Shown in pieces: positions 41,733-50,180 of a stretch of DNA of 64,000 nt. Both the position numbers and the translations under genes were made by a program. The first letter of the stretch is position 1. Each line of letters starts with the position of its first letter. The stretch comes from Candidatus Latescibacterota bacterium (GTDB lineage Bacteria > Latescibacterota > UBA2968 > GCA-2709665), in the NCBI GenBank assembly GCA_963667175.2, contig CAXXXF010000016.1, positions 352,001 to 416,000 of the forward strand. Reading direction: 5' to 3'. The notes beneath the pieces are model-generated. The model was not told the origin of the DNA, made no database searches, and saw only the letters and a program-made list of their open reading frames with translations.

Positions 41733-42826
41733 GACGAAGATCCGCGACCCGTGTCCTCCTTTACAGGACGCCCACCGAGTTCGTTCTTTTCCCATAGCTG
41801 ACCGAGGCTGTATTCTTCAAGCCACGCCGCGAGGCTCCTGTTGTCCAATCTCTGGAACGTTGTCGCACGGTTTACGCGATCCGCGACAATTACGTCCCTT
41901 GGATCGAAATGATCCAACAGCACCGGCGACTGTGTTGCAACGATGATTTGGGATTCCACGGATGCCTGCTTCAGCATGGAAGCGAGAAGTGTCGTGGCGT
42001 AAGGATGGAGTCCAAGCTCCGGTTCGTCCAGAAGAACCACGGGCGGCCGCAGCGAAGTCGGCTGAAGAAGAAGCGTGGCAAGGGCCATAAACCGCAGTGT
42101 TCCGTCGGACAGTGAGGACGCGTCGAAGTACGCGTCCGATCCCGAGTGGCGCCACTCAAGACGAATCTTGTCTTCGTTCAATGCCATCGGTTCGAGTGCG
42201 AAGTCTTCGAAAAATGGCGCCGCCAGCTGGATGGCACGTTGAATCTGAGTGTATGAATCGTCGTGTTTGTTTTTCAGTAAGAACAGAAACGCCGAGAGGT
42301 TCGACCCGTCCGTACGAAGACTGCGATTGTCGTTGACATCGGAGGTCGTCTTCAATGGCGACGTGGAGCCTGCATCGTGAAAATGGTAGGTTTGCCAACT
42401 CTCAATTTGCCGGCCAACCTGGTGCGGAAAGGGAAAGTTGGGTGAGTTAGCCCAATTCACATCCTCCGAATTGCCTCTGACTGGGGCTGACGGATGGAAC
42501 ATCAGATTATTTATGTAGAGTCCATCAGAATCGTCACTGCTCAGTTCCATTGCAAATCCGGATCGGTCTCGGTCGAAAGAGACTTGCACATCGAGTGTTG
42601 GGGTGACTTTTGCGCCGAAATGCAGAATCCGGTTTGCTCCGCCCGCCTCTCTGACATAGCGCTCCAACCGTCCTTGGATGCAGGCGCGCAGAAACGAGAA
42701 CACTTCAATAAGGTTTGACTTTCCTGATCCGTTGGCCCCAATCAACACATTTAGAGGACGCAACTGAAGCATGGCATCGGCAATACTCTTAAAGCCTATA
42801 ACGAAGATTCCGTCGAGTTTGGTCAT
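41729..42826 (-). CDS. AAA_21/ABC-type ATPase
   Basis: GFKSI, GANGSGKSN, LSDGTLR, LDEPELGLHP, TQSP. Confidence 0.88.
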   Translation of the reverse strand: MTKLDGIFVIGFKSIADAMLQLRPLNVLIGANGSGKSNLIEVFSFLRACIQGRLERYVREAGGANRILHFGAKVTPTLDVQVSFDRDRSGFAMELSSDDSDGLYINNLMFHPSAPVRGNSEDVNWANSPNFPFPHQVGRQIESWQTYHFHDAGSTSPLKTTSDVNDNRSLRTDGSNLSAFLFLLKNKHDDSYTQIQRAIQLAAPFFEDFALEPMALNEDKIRLEWRHSGSDAYFDASSLSDGTLRFMALATLLLQPTSLRPPVVLLDEPELGLHPYATTLLASMLKQASVESQIIVATQSPVLLDHFDPRDVIVADRVNRATTFQRLDNRSLAAWLEEYSLGQLWEKNELGGRPVKEDTGRGSSS

Positions 42827-42834
42827 GGCTCGCC

Positions 42835-42977
42835 TTATACCCGAAACACCTTCATCACCTCGTCGCCAAGGTGATTTATTACCTTCACAGCAATCCTACC
42901 GGACGTTGGTTTGGCGAAGGGCCGGGATGTGTCGCTATGGAGCGTTTCCCAGGCTTCCTGATTGATTTCGGCCTTAA
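42835..42977 (-). pseudogene. Copy of the 3' end of the DNA methyltransferase gene, truncated by IS1380
   Basis: Translates KAEINQEAWETLHSDTSRPFAKPTSGRIAVKVINHLGDEVMKVFRV*, one residue different from the intact gene despite many synonymous changes. Confidence 0.92.
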
Positions 42978-44122
42978 CCTCAATGTGAAATTAATCAGGC
43001 GGCTTTCTGTAGGGCATTGCAATTTCGCGGTATTGTTTTTCGGTCTGCTTGTTGCGTTGGAGTCGCAGGGTGAGTCGTCCTTTTGGTCGGATGAAGTAGC
43101 CTGCGCGGTTGATGAGTTCGAACCGGAGTTTGCGTATGGATTTGAGGGCCCACCTGCCTGCTGCAGGCAGGTCGGTTGGTACTTTTCAAGGTGCGATTGC
43201 GTTGTGTCAGTCCGGTATCGATTTCGAAGTTGACCAGTCGGAGGGTGTAGGCATCCCCCAAGGTTTCTTCGACCTGGGTAAACACGTCCTTTAGAAACGG
43301 GATGGAGGCGCTGCCGTCATTGACGTTGTCGGGACGGTTGTGCACGCCCAGAAAGTGACCACTGTCGGCCAGGTAGGCGGTAATCGGATAGTAACTGGGC
43401 ACTTTGCGATGGTGCGGATTATAGCCACGACGGGCGCCATCGACGTGCTTTCCCGCGCACAAGACCGTGCCGTCCACGTCGATGGTCAACGTGCGGGAGC
43501 GCAACGCCTTGATCCTATCAGCCCGTTGATAAAGTCCATCCGGTCTACGTCCGGCCCTTGTGACCGAATGACGGCGTTGCGCTCCCTCCCCGAATCCAGG
43601 GATTCGCGTCGGTCGCGCGCCTTGTCTTCGGCCACAATGACTCGGCCTCGCCTGCGGAGCGACTTTTTCAACGGACTGCTATGGGCAACAACGTCGGCGT
43701 TGAGGGCTTTCAGGGCATTGAGACCCTCGTCGGGAAACCGTCTCAGAAACGTGCTCATGCTGCGGGGGGTCGGTAAATCCGTCAGACCGCAAAACCGCGC
43801 CAACGCCCACACTGCCTAGGTGACGGCGCAATTGCCTGTTCCAATCCACGTTTCGCAAATATCGCGTCAACGGTTCCAGACCCGCATACGAGGTGAGGCC
43901 TTCACCGGTGAATTCCATCGTCAAATCGTCATTGACACGCGCGTGCAAATCTGCTTTCTTTCTCACTGTACGTGGCCTTTCGTTTTGGGTTAATTGGGTG
44001 TTTCGTCGCTTCCCAATATACCAAAATGGAAGGCCTTTTCCTATTGAAAAATATAGACTTATTCGCCACTTCGCTTCGTCTTCAATAACCCGAAATCCAT
44101 CAACATTATTTTCGCATTGAGG
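42978..44122 (-). mobile_element. Degraded IS1380-family element
   Basis: Terminal IRs CCTCAATGTGAAATTAAT / CCTCAATGCGAAAATAAT (16/18) flanked by TTAA on both sides; transposase fragments LTSYAGL, LTIDVDGT, GYNPHH...SYYP; internal deletions. Confidence 0.85.
43519..43678. mobile_element. 160-bp MITE inserted in the IS1380 transposase
   Basis: IRs CAGCCCGTTGATAAAGTC / GACTTTTTCAACGGACTG; CTAT target duplication at 43515-43518 and 43679-43682; removal restores the frame ADVVAHRIKALRSRTLTIDVDG. Confidence 0.88.
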
Positions 44123-44529
44123 TTAAACGGCCCTAATTGTCAGAGAAATAATCATCGCACCCATTAGAATATTACCCTATTCCAGAGGCCAAAAATACCT
44201 ACACGGGATTTATGATCCCCTAATCGGCCGGATTTAGACCGCACTTGGATGAGATCCAGGGGTATTCCAAGCCTCTGGGTCTTATTTTTCAGGATCATTA
44301 CTTGAGTCCACTCCGAAAAGTCAAAATCGGCTCCGACAAGGTCGTAAATCACACCTGTCCAAAATCGGTTTCAGTCTTGGACAGCATCTGGTTCACTTCC
44401 GCGAAGCAATCCCTCGACCAAGATTGCCTGAGATTCACAAAGTGCTTATTTCACGGGCTTATTGAGACGGAAACAGCACAATTATGGCCGCTGGAAACGT
44501 CACCTTGTTCTTGGACAGCATTGCGCAGA

Positions 44530-44639
44530 CGATGGCAAACCTGGTTTTCATTATCCGGGTCAAACTCGTCCAAAATCGCCTATTGTAGCCATTTTTCGAA
44601 CCTTATCTCTGGGAATCCGACGGTTCTTGGACAGCAGTG
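44530..44639. repeat. About 110-bp direct repeat, copy 1
   Basis: CGATGGCAA.CCTGGTTTTC.TTATCCG...TTTTCGAACCT.ATCTCTG..AATCC.ACGGTTCTTG.ACAGCAGTG, shared with 45385-45493. Confidence 0.8.
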
Positions 44640-44751
44640 GTCGTAAATGGTGTTTTAGCCAGAAGCAAATCGAAACAAGAATTAATATAAAACTATGATA
44701 ATTAAATATTTATGTGGATATGGATAATTTCGAAAAATGGTCGTACCTGAC

Positions 44752-45138
44752 CTAAATTGGTGGAAATTGCGGAAATCTCACTTTTCGGAGTGGACTCTTA
44801 CTTGCTTTAATAAGGCCCACCACATTTTCAAGTAATTGCGTAATGGAAGCGGTACAGTTCTGCCATGCTATTGAATAGCTAACTTCATGAAATTCTCCTT
44901 CAGGTAACTTAACCTTGTATGAGAATCTGTAGCGTGCCTCACGTCCTTTTATCTCTTCTAACTTGAGACTGACCTCGTGTATCATATCGCGACTCCTTAT
45001 TTTTGGATTTATGTTTCCTGTCCTATTGGCATAAAGCGTCCTTTCCATTATTTCAATCGCAAGGATGATTTGCTTAAACCGTCCCTCTTTTAATGTCCCA
45101 CCTGCACAAAAACGGATTTGATAAAATACGAAATTCAC
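44752..45138 (-). CDS. Small AT-rich hypothetical protein (possibly a fragment)
   Basis: 128-aa ORF in a very AT-rich patch between the direct repeats; no recognised motif. Confidence 0.35.
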   Translation of the reverse strand: MNFVFYQIRFCAGGTLKEGRFKQIILAIEIMERTLYANRTGNINPKIRSRDMIHEVSLKLEEIKGREARYRFSYKVKLPEGEFHEVSYSIAWQNCTASITQLLENVVGLIKASKSPLRKVRFPQFPPI

Positions 45139-45207
45139 GAAATAAATGGCTGGAAAAATCGTCCACAGCCATTGACGAAACGAGTCGGTCCTTCCTTGGC
45201 GAAGACT

Positions 45208-45362
45208 TTCATCCTGAGGAGGCCCTCAGGCCGACGAATGATCTACTGCAGCATCGGATCATCCCAGTGAGATTTGCACGTGTCGATACTTGAGAGGCAG
45301 CACGCCCGCCTGCAGCGCGGGACGGCAGCGGCGAAAGATTCTTAGACTCCGCTCAGAATGAC
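45208..45362. repeat. Palindromic REP/MITE-like element
   Basis: Arms TTCATCCTGAG...GAATGATCT and AGATTCTT...GCTCAGAATGAC are imperfect inverted repeats; internal hairpin CCTGAGG-AGGC-CCTCAGG. Confidence 0.5.
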
Positions 45363-45384
45363 TTGCGTTGCAACAAACACGAAC

Positions 45385-45493
45385 CGATGGCAACCTGGTT
45401 TTCGTTATCCGAGTCAATCCCGTACAAGATCGCGAATTGAAGTCACTTTTCGAACCTCATCTCTGAAAATCCCACGGTTCTTGAACAGCAGTG
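45385..45493. repeat. About 110-bp direct repeat, copy 2
   Basis: Aligns with 44530-44639. Confidence 0.8.
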
Positions 45494-45575
45494 AAATTAC
45501 CTTTTATTTATTGAAATTCTAACCCGCGAGGTTGGGCGATGCATTTACCAATTATGGATGTTCCCAATGATGAGT

Positions 45576-47645
45576 TTATATTCCAAGATCATCCAGGAAT
45601 TCGGAAGCCGGCTTGACCCCAGAAACCATCAGATAGTCACGTGCGCGTGTACAGGCAACATACAGCAGGTGTCTCTCTGTGTCATATACCTCTTCAAGGT
45701 CCGACTCATCCGCGGCAGTCTCAATGCGTTCCTGCCGCGGGATGGCTTCGTCGTCACACGCCATGACGACAGCGGCACGAAACTCCAGCCCCTTGGCCAG
45801 ATGCATCGTGGCTATCGAGACTCGCCCCGCAGCCGGCTCTCCTCCTTCGTCCAGTACCCCGAAACGATACCCTGCTCCATCGGCAGCCTTGCGCGCTCTG
45901 TCCAGTTGGGATTCTGAACGTACGAAAATCGCCATTTCGCCGGTGTCGACACCCTTCTCACTGCACCCCCGAAGCCATGCGCCGACGGCCTCGGTCTCTT
46001 GCCGCGCCGTATCGTACCGTTGGATTTCAGGCGGCTCTCCGTTAAACGCCGATACCGTTCCTCTTCGATCCTCCGTGTAACCATCCACGTCTGCGACTTC
46101 GGAGCCGAGCAGCCTGTCCGCATGCCTCCTGATCTGGTGGGAGGTCCGATAGTTGAGGGTGAGTGTCTCGGATCGGCCCGTTATATCGATGCCCACCGCC
46201 TTCCAGGAAAACGGCGCCTGGAAAATCCGTTGACCGAGATCGCCGGCGAAAAACAGGCTGTTTGCCCGCTGGCCGCCCATGGCTGCAAGAAATCGCAATT
46301 GAGGGACGCTGATTTCCTGCGCTTCATCCACGACAGCAAAGTCGTAAGGCGGATGCCGACGTTCTTTAAGGCCCCCGCCCAGCAAACGATAAATCTCTGC
46401 ACGCGTGACCAGGCCACGTTCACTCAGTTGTCCTCTGACCCTGTCAAATATAGCCCACAACGCCGAACGCTGCTCGAGGGGAAGCCGCGGCTTGCGTCCG
46501 AGTCGTCTGACGTCGCGATAGGCTTCCCATGTGTCCAACTGCCAGGCGTCGACGACGTTCTCCCACTCGTCCATCAGAAACGGGACGGAATAGCGATGTG
46601 GTCCATCCTGTTTGGCGTATTCGGAAAGTAGGCCCCGGACCGTCTCCTTTGGCGCAAATTTCGGGACACCGAATTGCGCCCGATAGAGCCGCTCGCAGAC
46701 CTGATGAATCGCGGTGACTTCCAGGCGCTCCATTAACCGGGGTTCATTTCGAATCAGCCGCCCGACCCTCGTGCGGAGAAAATCTGCCAGGGTGTCCGAA
46801 AACGTCGTAAGGAGGACCCGAGCTTCCGGATTCGTCCGTGCGAGAAACACAGCCCTGTGAATGGCCACGACGGTCTTACCCGTACCGGCCGTCCCGGATA
46901 CACGAAACGGACCGTTATAGTCACCCTCCACGATTTTCCGCTGCGACGGATGCAGAAAAATCGACCATTTATCCCATGGAAAGTCAAGCGCAAGCGCAAG
47001 TTCGTCCTCGTTCGAAATCGCCTGGAAACGACGCTTCGCATCGGGGTGTTCGAACGGGTCTTCGACGACAACAGGCGCTACCGGTTTCGGCATCTCCCCG
47101 ACGGCAATCTGCAGCAACGCCTCCGCTGCTTCATCGGGTAGATGCTCCGACAAATCCAACAGACTGTCTTCGTCGGCATTCCGAACGTCATCGATCCATT
47201 CAGCCGGAACGCCGTAGCTCAGGAGATCCTCTTCGGAGGTCTCGGCGAACAGAAGGGGCTTGACAGGTACTTTCTGTTCTGCTTCCACGTAAACCGGTAC
47301 GACAACTTCCTCAACCGTCTCCTTCACTTCAACCAATTGAGCCGCTCCGGTTGTCGGATGGACTTCCAACTTGCGCTTTTCCGCCCATTTGTAGGCGTCG
47401 TCGTGGTGATCCACGTAGCACATCATCAGACTCTTGGGAGTCCGATGAACGATGACACGTAAATCCCGATTGACGCGAACCGACCAGAAATTCGGGTCCT
47501 TCGCTCTATCAACCCTGTGGAATTTAAATCCGGGCTGAGCGGGGTTCACCTGCAAATCAAAGGCCGTGGTTTTCACGGCCTTTTGTTCGTTTCCCGTCAG
47601 CCTCGCAAGACTGTCTGTGAATGTGTCTGCTATTCGGAAGTTCAT
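45576..47645 (-). CDS. UvrD-like SF1 helicase with N-terminal RelE/ParE-like domain
   Basis: N-terminal FWSVRVNRDLRVIV...YVDHHDDAY; GTAGTGKT, DEAQE, GDLGQRI, NYRT, AKGLEF, LYVACTRAR. Confidence 0.88.
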   Translation of the reverse strand: MNFRIADTFTDSLARLTGNEQKAVKTTAFDLQVNPAQPGFKFHRVDRAKDPNFWSVRVNRDLRVIVHRTPKSLMMCYVDHHDDAYKWAEKRKLEVHPTTGAAQLVEVKETVEEVVVPVYVEAEQKVPVKPLLFAETSEEDLLSYGVPAEWIDDVRNADEDSLLDLSEHLPDEAAEALLQIAVGEMPKPVAPVVVEDPFEHPDAKRRFQAISNEDELALALDFPWDKWSIFLHPSQRKIVEGDYNGPFRVSGTAGTGKTVVAIHRAVFLARTNPEARVLLTTFSDTLADFLRTRVGRLIRNEPRLMERLEVTAIHQVCERLYRAQFGVPKFAPKETVRGLLSEYAKQDGPHRYSVPFLMDEWENVVDAWQLDTWEAYRDVRRLGRKPRLPLEQRSALWAIFDRVRGQLSERGLVTRAEIYRLLGGGLKERRHPPYDFAVVDEAQEISVPQLRFLAAMGGQRANSLFFAGDLGQRIFQAPFSWKAVGIDITGRSETLTLNYRTSHQIRRHADRLLGSEVADVDGYTEDRRGTVSAFNGEPPEIQRYDTARQETEAVGAWLRGCSEKGVDTGEMAIFVRSESQLDRARKAADGAGYRFGVLDEGGEPAAGRVSIATMHLAKGLEFRAAVVMACDDEAIPRQERIETAADESDLEEVYDTERHLLYVACTRARDYLMVSGVKPASEFLDDLGI

Positions 47646-47913
47646 TTCAGATTGCGTTGGGTTCGATCCTTTGCGTGTATGTGATTGCCGTGAAATACAT
47701 CAGCAAGAGCGCGAGACCCCTGGCGATATGAAACCAGGCAATGTGAATGGTAGCTTGGCGACCAGCGACGACGAATTCCAAGAAGTGATCGGTATGGGAA
47801 AATTCCGGGCTGCAGGTACCCGGAATTTGTACACATCTATCCGTTCCACGCAAAGAGTCCACCCTTGCAAAAATCCTATCGATCCTGTTAGCGCCTAACG
47901 GCCATCTACACTA

Positions 47914-48363
47914 TCAGACTACGGCTGGATGCGTGTGAATAATGCAAGCCGCTATCATGTCACCAATGAGAGCGGCTTGATCGGAATCGCCCGGCGGAAG
48001 CCCTACAATTTCACTGTGAGACGGATCGGCATCGTATTCCCCTTCGGCATCCAAGGGCTTATTGACGAAGCGAAGGCTTTCGAGTTCACTCGAGATGTAC
48101 TGTTTTGTTGCGCCGACATTCAATTCTGCAAGGCGACCACGTTTCTTCATATCCAACCGAGAGAGTCGCCTTACCTCTGCAAGTTGGCCGTCCTTAGTGC
48201 AATCGCGAATACACTCAAGCCAGTTAACGGACACGCCGGTATCATCGGGCCGATGTGAGCGCAGCCGGAATTCAGATCCATCCACCTTTCCATCCTCGCG
48301 TATGCTTGTAGGCTTAGCATATCGGACCACGTGATGCCCATCCGGCAGATTGTCGTCAGTCAT
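47914..48363 (-). CDS. Hypothetical protein, possible ADP-ribosyltransferase-like fold
   Basis: VVRY...FRLR...GVSVNW...HSEI pattern; ATGA-coupled to the upstream gene. Confidence 0.55.
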   Translation of the reverse strand: MTDDNLPDGHHVVRYAKPTSIREDGKVDGSEFRLRSHRPDDTGVSVNWLECIRDCTKDGQLAEVRRLSRLDMKKRGRLAELNVGATKQYISSELESLRFVNKPLDAEGEYDADPSHSEIVGLPPGDSDQAALIGDMIAACIIHTHPAVV

Positions 48364-49136
48364 ATTTTCAGGAGTACCTCAAGGTCGAAGTTCCGTACCT
48401 GTTGCTTCACACCTTCGAGTGTATCGCGTCCTGCCACACGCGATACATGTCCGCTTCCCTGACGTCGACGAAAAATGACATACTGCACCATGTGGTCGCC
48501 AAGGAACTGAAAGCCCAAATGGCTGCCATCTCCTCCATCCCAGACAGCGCGTAGATTCCCGTTGTCAACGAGCACCAATTCCGCCTTAGCCGCAAAAGGC
48601 GTCGATTCGACGAACGACCAGAAATCCTGCAATGACTCCGTGTTCACTGTGATACCGTCGAGTTTGCCATCTCTGCGCAGTATTTCAATTCGTTTTCCAT
48701 AGGCAAAGAAGACTTCCCAACTGATCCAACGTCTGTCGGCGTTTGCGGGATTACGCATGCTGAGCAGGTCGATCCAACCTGCCCGGTAATAAGATTCCGT
48801 AAGTGTAGTTGAAGGCTCGTTGGCTATATATCTACGAATGTTGGATGCGACAGAATCGATGACTGCTGCGCTCGGAGACGGACGAGATTCGCCTGCCAAC
48901 AACGTTTGATATACGCCAAATCGGTTCACAGGAGAATGACCTTGCGATATTTCTCTTTTTAATCGATTCAAATTGGGGTACTGCGAATGGCCATGAGGGT
49001 GGTGCCAAGAGAAATGTACACGTGGTTGATTTGTCTCACTAACCAACTCCGGGTCGAACGCATTTGCATTAATCCTCGGGTCCGACTGCGGCAAGTCCAA
49101 TGCGAATACAACAGAAGACGAAGACAAGCTCCTCAT
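48360..49136 (-). CDS. Hypothetical protein (middle gene of TIGR04255 operon)
   Basis: 258 aa; ATGA overlaps at both ends; polar low-complexity N-half, beta-rich C-terminal domain. Confidence 0.6.
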   Translation of the reverse strand: MRSLSSSSVVFALDLPQSDPRINANAFDPELVSETNQPRVHFSWHHPHGHSQYPNLNRLKREISQGHSPVNRFGVYQTLLAGESRPSPSAAVIDSVASNIRRYIANEPSTTLTESYYRAGWIDLLSMRNPANADRRWISWEVFFAYGKRIEILRRDGKLDGITVNTESLQDFWSFVESTPFAAKAELVLVDNGNLRAVWDGGDGSHLGFQFLGDHMVQYVIFRRRQGSGHVSRVAGRDTLEGVKQQVRNFDLEVLLKI

Positions 49137-49924
49137 ACAACGTCCTCCTTGAGATGCCAGAGTCGATCTTGAATTTCCTGGCTGGTCATTCCCACAAAAC
49201 AACTGATGATTGCATCATGGGCACGCTCGAACCATTCATCCGTTCCCGGTTTTGCCAACTGCCCCACTCGGCCGACGGCCTTGATTTCAAAAATTAGCAC
49301 CGGCACGTCCTCCTGCGCTGCCCTAACCCCACTGCGGATGTTGACGTTTACTTGCAGATCGGCCGCGACTATGTATGCGAAATTGCAATTGAAAACTGGT
49401 GAGCCCAAAGAACTTATGCCCGGGTTCACAATGGAGAATGACGGGATTACTTTTTTCGTTTCTTGTGGCCCCGCCCAGAACTCATTATGTTCCAGGACAT
49501 TGATGTAGTTCAACTCACAGAGTTCAATAGACGGTTCGGCAATGTTAATTTCCGTTCTGACAAATTTGCTGAATAGGCTATAGATTCGATCAAACGTCGG
49601 CTTTATATTCTCGTGAAAGCGTGGGTATTCACGGTCTCTACGGCGCCAATTAAACATAAAGGCGCTTTTCTGTATTTGAATGAGGTTGATTTCATCAACT
49701 GCAATGAACCAAAATCTGGGCATTGGAAACGGTTCACTTTCGTTTAGCTCCGGTGCGATTCCCACTGGTGGTTGTTGACGAACCTCAGGAAACTCGTCCT
49801 TGATTCGTTTCCAAAACAGGCCGATGTGCTCGCTGCGCATTTCGGACAATTGCGGGTTGAAATATGTGGATAACACAACTTCGTTTATTGGCGGATTCTC
49901 GAAAGTGATGTCTCGTGGTTTCAT
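49133..49924 (-). CDS. TIGR04255 family protein
   Basis: FENPPINEVV, PRFWF, LIQIQ..AFMFNWR...YPRF, ELNYIN, WFERAH..I...F..MT. Confidence 0.8.
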   Translation of the reverse strand: MKPRDITFENPPINEVVLSTYFNPQLSEMRSEHIGLFWKRIKDEFPEVRQQPPVGIAPELNESEPFPMPRFWFIAVDEINLIQIQKSAFMFNWRRRDREYPRFHENIKPTFDRIYSLFSKFVRTEINIAEPSIELCELNYINVLEHNEFWAGPQETKKVIPSFSIVNPGISSLGSPVFNCNFAYIVAADLQVNVNIRSGVRAAQEDVPVLIFEIKAVGRVGQLAKPGTDEWFERAHDAIISCFVGMTSQEIQDRLWHLKEDVV

Positions 49925-50180
49925 GAAAGTCTATTGCTCCTTAAGTACTCAAATATGTGCAAAGGGCGATGGCTTGAAAAGACCAACCCGACATGCCCGT
50001 ACAAAACTTCGTCTTCCTGATGCTCGACGCAGTGTGATATCATGACGGACTAAGACACAAACAACCTGGCTCGACGCTTTCTCGCGTTCTACGTCATTTC
50101 CGTTACACACCCGCCAAATGTTAGACGGAGATTTGGGTGGTCGTCGTTGTGCAGTCACTGACTCGCGGCTATTTCAAGGA

